From: an uncultured Gemmatimonadales bacterium
GTDB taxonomy: Bacteria; Gemmatimonadota; Gemmatimonadetes; Longimicrobiales; Gaopeijiaceae
Reading direction: 5' to 3'
Length of the DNA stretch: 64,000 nucleotides
Assembly: GCA_963809895.1 (NCBI GenBank)
Contig: CAWELD010000010.1
Coordinates: 96,001 to 160,000 of the forward strand
The notes under the pieces are model-generated. The model was not told the DNA's origin. It made no database searches and saw only the letters and a program-made list of their open reading frames with translations. The first letter of the stretch is position 1. Each line of letters begins with the position of its first letter. The translations under genes were made by a program, and so were the position numbers. Positions 1-9,387 of the stretch are shown piece after piece.

Positions 1-2
1 AC

Positions 3-182
3 GGGGACGCCGAGACGACCTGGGACGTGTTCGATGTCGCCGGACGCGCGGTCGCCGCCGTGCGCATCCCCCTGACCCTTCGGCTGGAGGGGGCGGGAGA
101 CGGCTGGATCGTGGGGGTGTGGACCGACCCGTTGGGCGTCGAGCGGGTGAGGCTCTACGACCTGCCCGCGCTCAAGGACTGA
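3..182 (+). CDS. C-terminal fragment of a six-bladed beta-propeller protein (5' end outside window)
   Basis: Manual translation gives TWDVFDVAGRAVAAVRIP...IVGVWTDPLGVERVRLYDL*, matching the C-terminal pattern of the four complete paralogs in this window. Confidence 0.7.
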   Translation, partial: GDAETTWDVFDVAGRAVAAVRIPLTLRLEGAGDGWIVGVWTDPLGVERVRLYDLPALKD

Positions 183-960
183 GCCCGGGGCCGCCGTCCA
201 TGGGGGTACCCGTGCATCCGAAGCTCAACGGCGGAAGCTCACGGCCCTGCTCGGCCAGCCGGGCGATGTAGCCGCGGGTGTAGAAGCGCACCTCACCGGC
301 GCGCCGGTAGGCCTCGACCATGAAGAGTCCCCGGGGATCGATGCTCGCCAACTCCTGCCACTCGCCCAGCACGCGGTGATCGTCCACGCACGCCACCACC
401 GACTCCTGCTGGCCTCGGTTGGTCACGCACAGCGAGTCCGCTTCGGGGGTGCAGGGGCTGGCCATGGGGAGGATCCGTCGGACCATCTCGTAGGCGCTGG
501 GATCCGAGCGCTGCACGAGATCCTTCATGGTGTAGAGATCCACGATGCCGTACTGGGCTCCGCGCCGGCGGCTGGCGAGCCCGTCCACGATCACCTGCAG
601 GCCCTGGATCTTCACCGGATCCGGCTTGAGCGCCAGCACGAGCGGCGACATGGCCTGGTCGGCGCGCACGGGGAACGCCTGCGTCTCGTAGCCGAGCTGG
701 GCCACCCTGAGCACGTAGCCCGGCGCTCCGGGAACCACGCTGAGCTGGAAGGTGCCCAGCGAATCGGAGAGCACGCCCTGCTTGTTGTCGCCCTGGGCCA
801 CGAAGGCGCCGGGGATCGGTTGCATGGACCCGCCGTCGACGACGGTGCCGGTCAGCACCAGGCCGCGCTCCTGCGCGGAGAGGGGGGCGGCCACGAGGGC
901 GAGGGCGGCGACAACGGTAGACGGAGACGCGAGGCGGCGTCTCGCGGAACGAAGCGTCAT
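172..960 (-). CDS. Secreted carboxypeptidase-regulatory-like domain protein with plug-like C-terminus
   Basis: Signal peptide ending LSA-Q; LTGTVVDG.S.QPIPGA.V and LRVAQLGY motifs; C-terminal VDD...IDP...VEAYR. Confidence 0.75.
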   Translation of the reverse strand: MTLRSARRRLASPSTVVAALALVAAPLSAQERGLVLTGTVVDGGSMQPIPGAFVAQGDNKQGVLSDSLGTFQLSVVPGAPGYVLRVAQLGYETQAFPVRADQAMSPLVLALKPDPVKIQGLQVIVDGLASRRRGAQYGIVDLYTMKDLVQRSDPSAYEMVRRILPMASPCTPEADSLCVTNRGQQESVVACVDDHRVLGEWQELASIDPRGLFMVEAYRRAGEVRFYTRGYIARLAEQGRELPPLSFGCTGTPMDGGPGLSP

Positions 961-1039
961 GGGTCGGTGGAGGCGGTGGATCGAACGGCGATCGCGGAGA
1001 TCGGATCACCGGAGCGTGGGATTGTAGGCCGCGGGGCCT

Positions 1040-3761
1040 TCAGCGTTCCCGGAGCGCCTCGCCCGGCTGGATCCTGAGACCTCGCAGGGTCGGAGCGAGG
1101 CACGACAGCAGGCCCACCGCCATCATCACGGCGGACACACCGCCCAGGACGGCCACCCAGCTCGTGTTGCGGACCGTCTCCTCGCTGGCCATCTGGGCGC
1201 TGGTGGCGCCCACATACACCACCAGCGTGCCCAGGACCACGCCCGCCAGGAGCTGGATGAAGGCCCGGGTGGCGATGGCCCGGAGCACCCGGCCGCGACT
1301 GGCGCCCAGCGCCGTGCGGATGCCGATTTCTCGGGTGCGCTCCGAGACGGTGAAGGACATGAGCGCGTAGAGGCTCGCCAGCGAGAGGACCATGGCGATG
1401 GCGGCCAGGACCCCGAACAGAAAGGTCATCCAGCGCGCGCCCCAGAGCTCCTCGCTGAACACGTCGCTCAGGGGCACGGTCTCGATCACCAGCAGGGTGG
1501 GTTCGAGTTGGGCCGCCACGGCACGCAGCCGGGCGGTGAACGCCGCCGGGTCGCCCTCCAGGTGGATCGCCAGCCGCACCGGCACCAGATCCCCGGGCGC
1601 GGCCACCTCGTAGAACCCGGCCGGTTGGTTGGGGTCGGCGACGTTCATGCCCAGGTCGGGGACGACGCCGACGATCTCGTGCCAGGGTCGTGGTTCCTGA
1701 TCGGGGCTGCCGACATCGCGAAACCGGCGACCCAGCGCGTTGCCCCCATGCAGGACGTGGTCGACGAACGACTGGTTGACGATGACGGCGCTGCGTGGGT
1801 GCTGGAGGTCGCCGGAATCGAAGGCACGCCCGGAGAGGAGCGGCTGCCCGAGGCCCTGGAAGAACCCGGGGTCGACCTGGGCCCCGCGGACCAGGTGATC
1901 CGGCTCGCTGCCGGGGGCCGGCGGTCTCGCCCTGCACCTCGATGCGCCGGCGAGGGTGGCTGGTACCGGGCAATTCGCCGCCGAAGGCCACGCCCACCAC
2001 GCCGGGCTCCGCCGACAGACGCCGCGCCAGCTCCTCCTGGAGCGCGGCGAAGCGGGCGCGGAGCGCGTCGGGATCGGCTTCCGGCCCGGCCGGCGAGACG
2101 GGGGCCGCGGCGATGGAGAGGCGGGCCGTGAGGTATTGGCTGGCCGGAACCCCCTGCGCCGCGTCTCCCAGGCTCCGCAGGGCGTCGCCGCCATAGACGC
2201 CCACCAGCGACAGAAATCCCACCGAGATCCCCACCTCGGCCACGATGAGCAGGGTGGAGAGTCCCCCGAAACGAAGTCCCGACGCGCCGGCGGTAGCGCG
2301 CTGGAGACTGCGCTGCACGTTGCGGCCCGTGGCCTTGAGCGCCGGGACGCCGCCGGCCAGGACCGCGCTGAAGGTGGCCAGCGCCACGGCCGCCACGACG
2401 GTTCCGGGATCCACGCCCAGATCGAACCAGAAGGGCATGGCGTTGGTGAGGCGATGGAGGCGCCCGACCACGGCGGTGCCGATGCCGAGTCCCGCCGCCG
2501 CCGCCACCAGGGTCAGCACGAACGCCTCCACGAAGAGCTGGCCGACCACGCGAGCCCGCGAGGCCCCCAGGGCGTTGCGGATGGCGATCTCGCTGGAGCG
2601 GGTGGCGGTGCGGGCGAGCATGAGCGTGCCCACGTTCCCGCACGCCACGGCCAGGAGCAGCAAGGCCGCGATCTGCACCGGGAGGACCCGGATGAACTCC
2701 CCGCGGAGTCCGGTGAGCGCCCAGGCCAGGGGGAGCACCTCGGCGCGCAGGTGCTCGTGGCTCTGTGGATGGTCCGCCGCCGCGCGCAGGCCCACGGTGG
2801 AAAGCTCGGCCCGGGCCTGCTCCGTGGACACGCCGTCGGCGAGCCGGCCGAAGACCCAGAAGCTGGGTCCCTGGCCCCATTCGTAGTCCCGACCGCGGAG
2901 CTGGAAGGGAATCCAGAGGTGGTCCCGGTAGGGGAAGAGGAAGCCCTGGGGCATGACCCCCACCACCTCGCGCGCTACGGCTCCCACCTGGACCGTCTGC
3001 CCCACGATGTCGGGGTCGGCGCCGAAGCGGCCGTTCCACACGTCGTAGCCCAGAACCACCACCGGCGGGGCGCCCTCGAGCTCGTCCGAGGCTCTGAGCG
3101 TGCGGCCCAGGAGCGGCTTCGTGCGCACCACGTCGAAGGCCGACGCGGTCATCTCCGAGCCTCGCACCGCTTCGGCCCGGCCGTCGTCGGTGATCAGGTT
3201 CAGCGTGGCGGGATCGGCGGCCGCCAGCGCCTGGAACGACCTCAGCGTGGCGCGCCACAGCTCGAAGTCGCGGATCTGCGCTCTCCGGGAATCGGAGTGC
3301 GACTGATCCCAGTTCTGGAGCCCCACGATGCGCGCGCCCTCGTCGAAGGGCAGGGTGGCGTTGAGGGCGCGGGTCAGTTGGATCGGTGCCAGTCCCACCG
3401 GAATGGCCAGCGCCAGGGCGAAGACCGCCACCAGGGTGAGACCGGGGTGCCGCCCCAGCATGCGCACGCCCAGCTTCAGGTCGAGCCACGACACGCCGGG
3501 GATTCGGGGCACGGACGCGCGGGACCGCCACGTGGCCGCCGCCGACGCGACGAGGTTGGTGAGGTAGCGGAGCTGCGCCCGGGAGCGCGAGGCGCCGCGT
3601 TCCAGGTCCCGTTCGAGAAGCTCGTCCAGGTCCGCCAGGATCTGGGCGCGGTCGGGCCCCCGGATCAGGAGGCCGGCCAGGAGGCGCAGCGCGCGAGGCG
3701 GTCGGAGGCCGCGGGGCGGGTCCGAGTCGTGGGGCGGGCGCGAGGGCTCGTGGGCGGCCAT
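1040..3761 (-). CDS. MacB/FtsX-type duplicated orphan ABC permease (ADOP-like), one apparent frameshift near 1915
   Basis: ACGNVGTLMLAR...EIAIRNALGASR in ORF 957..3761 and SERTREIGIRTALGAS in ORF 1040..2194; the frames join at a G run near 1913-1917. Confidence 0.85.
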
Positions 3762-3765
3762 GCCG

Positions 3766-4098
3766 TCAGCCCTCGGCGAGCTCGGCCAACCGCGGGATCA
3801 GTCCGCCGGCCATGGCCTGCATGGTCTCCCAGGACTCCAGGAGCGCCCGGGCACCGCCGGGCTTCAGCGTGTAGGTCTTGCGGGGGCGCCCGGGTCGCCC
3901 GGGCACGGGATCCTCCAGCGCCGACGATACCAGGTCCCGCTCCTCGAGGCGGCCCAGCGTCGTGTAGATGGCCCCGGACGAGACCGTGCGGCCGGTGCGC
4001 TCTTCGATGAGCTCGCGGATCGCCACCCCGTAGGCGTCGTCGCCGAGCTGAAGCACCGAGAAGAGGATGAGCTGCTCGAATTCGCCGAGATAGGCCAT
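3766..4098 (-). CDS. PadR family transcriptional regulator
   Basis: LGEFEQLIL...AYGVAIR...GAIYTTLGRLEE...GRPRKTY; lies directly upstream of the permease. Confidence 0.92.
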   Translation of the reverse strand: MAYLGEFEQLILFSVLQLGDDAYGVAIRELIEERTGRTVSSGAIYTTLGRLEERDLVSSALEDPVPGRPGRPRKTYTLKPGGARALLESWETMQAMAGGLIPRLAELAEG

Positions 4099-4143
4099 GG
4101 GGTGCGCTTCTGGTCGCGGGATCCGTCACCGGTCCCGATATAA

Positions 4144-4158
4144 TACTACGTCGTAGTA
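4144..4158. promoter_or_regulatory. Putative PadR operator palindrome overlapping a sigma70-like promoter
   Basis: Perfect dyad TACTACG-T-CGTAGTA; the minus strand reads TGGCAG-17 nt-TATTAT upstream of padR. Confidence 0.65.
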
Positions 4159-4217
4159 AAATCTGCCAGAGTGAACGGTCGCGACGTGGAGCAGCGTGGT
4201 GCGATGCGGTGGCCGCG

Positions 4218-4496
4218 CTAGTAGTCCACCGATTCCATGGCCTCGAACATCTCCACCCGGGGCGCACCCAGTACCCCGGAACGCTCCATGGCGTCGGCCA
4301 GACCCGGTTGGGCACCGAACGCCCGGGCCATTTCGAGGGTCGGGAAGCCTGCTGCTACAGACACGAGGTTCGGATCGTCCACACCACGGGCGACCCGGTG
4401 CCAGAGGGCGCCACCGCCGCTGGGCGGGAACGTGTCGAAGACCGCCTTCCACTCGTCGTAATCGCGGACCTGGTGCAGGATGGACAGGATGACCAT
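4218..4496 (-). CDS. Small dimeric alpha/beta-barrel (ABM/cyclase-like) protein
   Basis: MVILSILHQVRDYDEWKAVFD...RGVDDPNLV...AMERSGVLGAP; start moved to the internal ATG. Confidence 0.7.
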   Translation of the reverse strand: MVILSILHQVRDYDEWKAVFDTFPPSGGGALWHRVARGVDDPNLVSVAAGFPTLEMARAFGAQPGLADAMERSGVLGAPRVEMFEAMESVDY

Positions 4497-4744
4497 GTCG
4501 TGCCTCCGGAGAGGGGGCCGGCTCGATCGCCGGCACGCGCGGGCGCCAGCGGAGGTGCTGGCGCCGGATGCGAACCGCGCGTTGGCGGCTCGCCAATCGT
4601 CCGGCGCCACTATGCGGCCTGTTCGGATGAATGGCGAGGATTGCGGTCGGAGCGCGGTCCGACTCTCCGACTTGCAGGGCGGTGTGGGCGCGCTCGATCA
4701 TGTCTCCACCGCCGCCGTCTCAGCCCGAGCCCCGAGGACCAGCC

Positions 4745-6319
4745 ATGGATCGCTTCAACCGAGCGGGGGGACAGCCGGTTCGCCGGACGCCTCGCCTGCG
4801 TCTGCCACGCGCAGCCGTTGTGACCGTAGCACTGGCGGCCGCGTTCGTGGCCGGTAGCCCGGGGGCGTCGGCGGCCCAGGCCACCGACACCGAGCGCCAG
4901 GCCGCTGCCGACATCCTGGCCCGCATCGACTCGTTGGAGGCGCGGTTGCAGCCCGCCCGCACCGCCGGGGAGCTGGCGGCGGCAAGCGATCCGGCGCGGG
5001 ACGCGGTCCTGGCCCGGGTGCAGGAGCTGTGGACCGGGGACATGCAGGCGCTGTCCGACTGGATCGGCCACCACCCCGAGGTGGGTTGGCACGAGTGGCA
5101 GGCGGTGGACACGCTTGTGGCGGTGCTCGAGGACTACGGCTTCGACGTGGAGACGGGCGTCGCCGACATGCCCACCGCCTTTGTTGCCACCTGGACCTCG
5201 CCGGCGGGCGCCGACGGCCCGACGCTGGGCCTGATCGCCGAATACGACGCGCTGCGCGGCACGCAGGGGAACTTCCACGGCGACCAGCACAACGCCCAGA
5301 GTCCGGTGGCTTTCGCCGCCGGCAAGGCCGTGGCGGAGCACATGGCCCGGACGGGCGTGCCCGGGCGCGTGATCATCTACGGCACGCCGGCCGAGGAGGT
5401 GAACCCACCGGCCAAGCGCATCCTCCGCGACGCCGGCGTCTTCGAGGGCGCCGACATCCTGGTGCGGAGCCATTCCAGCTCCTCCACCGAGCGGTCGCGG
5501 CCAGGGTTCGGGAGCTGCTGCCTGAACATCGATCAGGTCACGTACGTGTTCACGGGTCGGCCGGCGCATCAGCTCGCGTCGTGGAACGGCCGCAATGCCC
5601 TGGAAGCCGCCGTGCAGTTCTATTCGGCGGTGGACCATCTGCGCTCGACCTGGCGCCCGGAGCACCGGGTCCAGGGCGTGATTCCGGAAGGTGGTGTCGC
5701 TCCCAACGTGGTGCCCGACCGCGCGGTGGTGGACTATTACATTCGCTATCCCGACGACGTCTACCTGGAGCACATCTCCCGGATGATGCGCGATGCGGCC
5801 CGGGGCGCGGCGCAGATGACCGGCACGGAGGTGGAGATCACCCGCGGCGGCGAATACCGTGACGGCGTTACGACAGCGACCCTCGAGGAGCTGTTCTGGG
5901 CCTACGCGAAGAAGCTGGGGGCGCCGGGCCTGGTGGAGGAGCTCGGCCGTCCCGCCGGCTACGAGGAGACGGGCTCCGTGAGCCGCGACATCCCCGGGGT
6001 CGGCGTGACCGTGAAGAGCTCCACGAATCCGAACCACACCTACGGGATGCTCGAAGAGGCTTTCCAGGACATCGGCCACGAGGCGTTCCTCATGGACGCC
6101 CAGATCGAGGCGGCGGTGCTGTACGACTTTCTCACGCACCCGGACTTCCGCGCCAAGGTGCAGGAGGAACACCGCACGCTGGCGGCGCTGCAGGAGCGTT
6201 ATGAAGACGCGCTCCGCCTCGCATACGGCTCGGAGATCGAAGCCGACACCGCGCTGTCCCGGGGGTCGCGCATGAAGATGGAGGTGCCGCAGGTGGTGCG
6301 GCCGGGTGGGGGCCGGTAG
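4745..6319 (+). CDS. Secreted M20 family amidohydrolase (AbgB-like)
   Basis: HPEVGWHE, TAFVA, EYDAL, GTPAEE, GRNALEA and GGVAPNVVPD motifs; N-terminal signal peptide. Confidence 0.85.
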   Translation: MDRFNRAGGQPVRRTPRLRLPRAAVVTVALAAAFVAGSPGASAAQATDTERQAAADILARIDSLEARLQPARTAGELAAASDPARDAVLARVQELWTGDMQALSDWIGHHPEVGWHEWQAVDTLVAVLEDYGFDVETGVADMPTAFVATWTSPAGADGPTLGLIAEYDALRGTQGNFHGDQHNAQSPVAFAAGKAVAEHMARTGVPGRVIIYGTPAEEVNPPAKRILRDAGVFEGADILVRSHSSSSTERSRPGFGSCCLNIDQVTYVFTGRPAHQLASWNGRNALEAAVQFYSAVDHLRSTWRPEHRVQGVIPEGGVAPNVVPDRAVVDYYIRYPDDVYLEHISRMMRDAARGAAQMTGTEVEITRGGEYRDGVTTATLEELFWAYAKKLGAPGLVEELGRPAGYEETGSVSRDIPGVGVTVKSSTNPNHTYGMLEEAFQDIGHEAFLMDAQIEAAVLYDFLTHPDFRAKVQEEHRTLAALQERYEDALRLAYGSEIEADTALSRGSRMKMEVPQVVRPGGGR

Positions 6320-6322
6320 GTC

Positions 6323-9044
6323 ATGGCTTCGGGTGCCTTGTCCGTCACGGCGGTCGCGCTCGCCGTGTGTGTCGGAGCGGCGAGGGCGCAGACCGTCCCA
6401 CCCCGCGACCCCGTGGCCGACCCCGCCGCCGTGGTCCACGCCGGCCAAGCCCGCTTCACGGTCCTGACGCCCCGCCTCATCCGCATGGAGTGGTCGCCGG
6501 AGGACCGGTTCGAGGACCAGGCCTCGATCGTGTTCGTCAACCGGCGGTTGCCGGTGCCGGTGTACACCGCCGACTTCGACGCGGATGGCTGGCTCACCCT
6601 CCGCACGGATTCCCTCGTGCTGCGCTACCACTTTGCCGCCGGCCGTTTCGATGCCTCGAACCTGGAGGTGCGCCGCGCGCTGGGTCAGGGCGAGGTGGTC
6701 TGGAGATCCGGGCTGGCCGACACCGCGAATCTGAAGGGCACGACGCGCACGCTGGACGGCGCCCGGGGACCCATCCCCCTGGACCACGGGCTCGTGTCGC
6801 GCGACGGATGGACGGTGGTGGACGACTCCGAAGCGCCCGCTCCTGGCGGGCTCGGATCCGGCCTGGGTCGAGGCGCGGCCGGACACGACGGGCCTCGACT
6901 GGTATTTCTTCGGCTACGGACACGACTATCCGGGCGCGCTCCGGGACTTCACGCGGGTGGCCGGACGCGTGCCGCTGCCGCCCCGCTTCGCCTTCGGCAC
7001 CTGGTGGTCCCGCTACTGGGCCTACACGGACACGGAGCTCCTGGACCTGGTGCGGCAGTTCGATCTGTACGGGGTGCCCCTGGACGTGCTGGTGGTGGAC
7101 ATGGACTGGCACGAGACCTTCGAGCTGCGCTGGAACGACGGCCGCGAGGATCAGGCGGGGCAGCACCTGGGATGGACGGGCTACACCTGGAACCGGGCCT
7201 ACTTTCCCGAGCCGGAGCGCTTCCTGGCGCGAGTGCACGAGCAGGGGCTGCACACCACCCTGAACCTTCATCCCGCGGGTGGCATCCAGCCCTACGAGGC
7301 GCAGTACGAGGCCATGGCGCGCGCCAACGGCATCGACCCGGCCAGCGGCGAGTACGTGCCCTTCCAACTCACCGACTCGGCCTTCGTGCGCAGTTACTTC
7401 GACCTGGTGATCCATCCGCTGGAGCGCCAGGGCGTGGACTTCTGGTGGCTGGACTGGCAGCAGTGGCACGAGACCGACGTGCCGCACCTGAACCCGACCT
7501 GGTGGCTGAACCACCTCTTCTTCACCGACATGGAGCGTGAGGGAGACGGCCGGCCGCTGATCTTCCACCGCTGGGGCGGCCTCGGGAACCACCGCTACCA
7601 GATCGGCTTTTCGGGTGACGCCTACTCCACCTGGGAGGCGCTGGCCTTCGAGCCCCTCTTCACCGCCACGGCCGCCAATGTGGGCTTCGACTACTGGAGC
7701 CACGACATCGGCGGGCACCTGAACGGCGACGTGTCACCGGAGCTCTACACGCGCTGGATCCAGTTCGGCGTCTTCAGCCCCATCCTGCGCACGCACACGA
7801 CCAAGAACGCCGACGCCGAGCGGCGCATCTGGGCGTATCCGTACGAGAGCTTCGCCGCCATGCGCGACGCGTATCGGCTCCGCTACGCGCTCATCCCGTA
7901 CGTCTACTCCGCGGCCCGCCGCACCTACGACGAAGGGCTGGCGCTGGTGCGGCCGCTCTACTGGGACTGGCCGGAGGCCGACGCCGCCTACGCCCACGGC
8001 GGGGAATACGCCTTCGGGCCGGACATGGTGGTGCGGCCCGTGGTGGAGCCGGTGGACTCGGCATCACTGCTGGCGGAGCAGGCGCTGTGGGTGCCGCCGG
8101 GCGACTGGTACGAATGGAGCAGCGGCGCCCGGCTGCACGGCCCGGCCGAGGTGTCACGCAGCTACGCGCTGAACGAGCTGCCGGTGCTGGTGCGCGCCGG
8201 CGCTGTGGTCCCCATGCAACCCGACATGCTCCGGAGCGACGCGCGTCCGCTGGATCCACTGATCCTGACGGTGTTTCCGGGGGATTCCGGCTCGACCCGT
8301 GTCTACGAGGACGGCGGCAACTCCACGGCGTATCAGGACGGTGCATTCACGTGGACGCCGGTGGAGCAGCGGATGGCGGCCGACCCGGATGGAGGGCAGC
8401 GGCTCACGCTCACGATCGCGCCGGTGGAGGGCGAGTTCCCGGAAATGCTCCAGCGGCGCGGCTACCAGGTGCGCCTGCCCGGGACGTTGCCGCCGGCGCG
8501 GGTGGTGTGGCAGGGCGTGGAGGTGGGATACGATGCCGCGTGTGCGAGTGACGAGGGGGGATCGCCGCCGGATGCTGGGGCCGGCGGTGGGCCGTCGCGC
8601 TCGGCCGCTGCGGCCGCGGGTGGCGCCGACGCGGGCCGCAGACCTGCAGCCGCCCAGCGCTGCTGGGGCTACGACGGAGACGGCCTGACGACGGTCATAC
8701 GGCTACCCGCGGCCGACGTCCACGAGACCAAGCGCCTGGAGGTCAGCTGGCGGCCCTGGGATCCGGCGCTGGTGGACGGGACCGCCGGCCTCCTGGCCCG
8801 CATGCGACGCGCCGCCACCATCCTCGAAGGCACCTGGCCCGACGACTGGCCGCCTGACGCCTTCGTGGACCTGGTGCAGACGGGCCGGCGCATCACGCTC
8901 AGGCCCGAGAGCGCCGCCACCGAGCTGCGGCGGCTCCGGGAGCTGCTGCCCGCGGCGCTGGACGGAATCCGCGGCATGCAGGGCGACCCGGTGCTCATCC
9001 AGCGGGCGCTCCGGCACATGGAGGTCGGGCCGGCGGGGGGGTGA
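6323..9044 (+). CDS. GH31 glycoside hydrolase, secreted, one apparent frameshift near 6832
   Basis: NLKGTTRTLD, PPRFAFGTWWSRY, VVDMDWH, DFWWLDWQQ, GFSGD, YWSHDIGG and LRTH motifs across two overlapping ORFs. Confidence 0.9.
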
Positions 9045-9103
9045 CGGCCCAAGCGGTGCCGGACATGATCACCGCGGGCGACCGCGCGCAGCGTAGGCGC
9101 GAT

Positions 9104-9279
9104 GTCGACAACGTGACACTGGAGGGGTCCAGAACGACGGTTTGCGGATTCAACTCGCTGAGCGAGTCAATCTCGACACCTCATCGTTGGGCGATTTCGT
9201 GATGTGGCGATTTCAACTCGGTGAGCGAGTCGAATCGACGAATCGTCGAAATCAGGGGCTCCAGTTACACGTTGTCGAC
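9104..9279. repeat. 176-bp fold-back (nested inverted repeat) element, REPIN/MITE-like
   Basis: Three arm pairs share axis 9191.5: 9104-9124/9259-9279 (19/21), 9147-9167/9216-9236 (18/21) and 9173-9183/9200-9210 (9/11). Confidence 0.8.
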
Positions 9280-9294
9280 GGGCGGGGTTGCGGT

Positions 9295-9387
9295 CGCCAC
9301 CGAACGCCGCTCCAGCCGTCTACCTCAGCGGGCCGCCCCGGTCGCGGGGGCGCCACCGAACGCCGCTCCAGCCGTCTACCTCAGCGG
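9295..9387. repeat. 37-bp perfect direct repeat, 2 copies, 56-bp period
   Basis: CGCCACCGAACGCCGCTCCAGCCGTCTACCTCAGCGG at 9295-9331 and 9351-9387. Confidence 0.9.

Noticed and set aside
9149..9231. Mini-CRISPR reading of two ~20-bp palindromic repeats 63 bp apart (also 31704-31788 and 9295-9387)
   Set aside because: Only two units each, no cas genes, and the fold-back symmetry or a local duplication explains them better.
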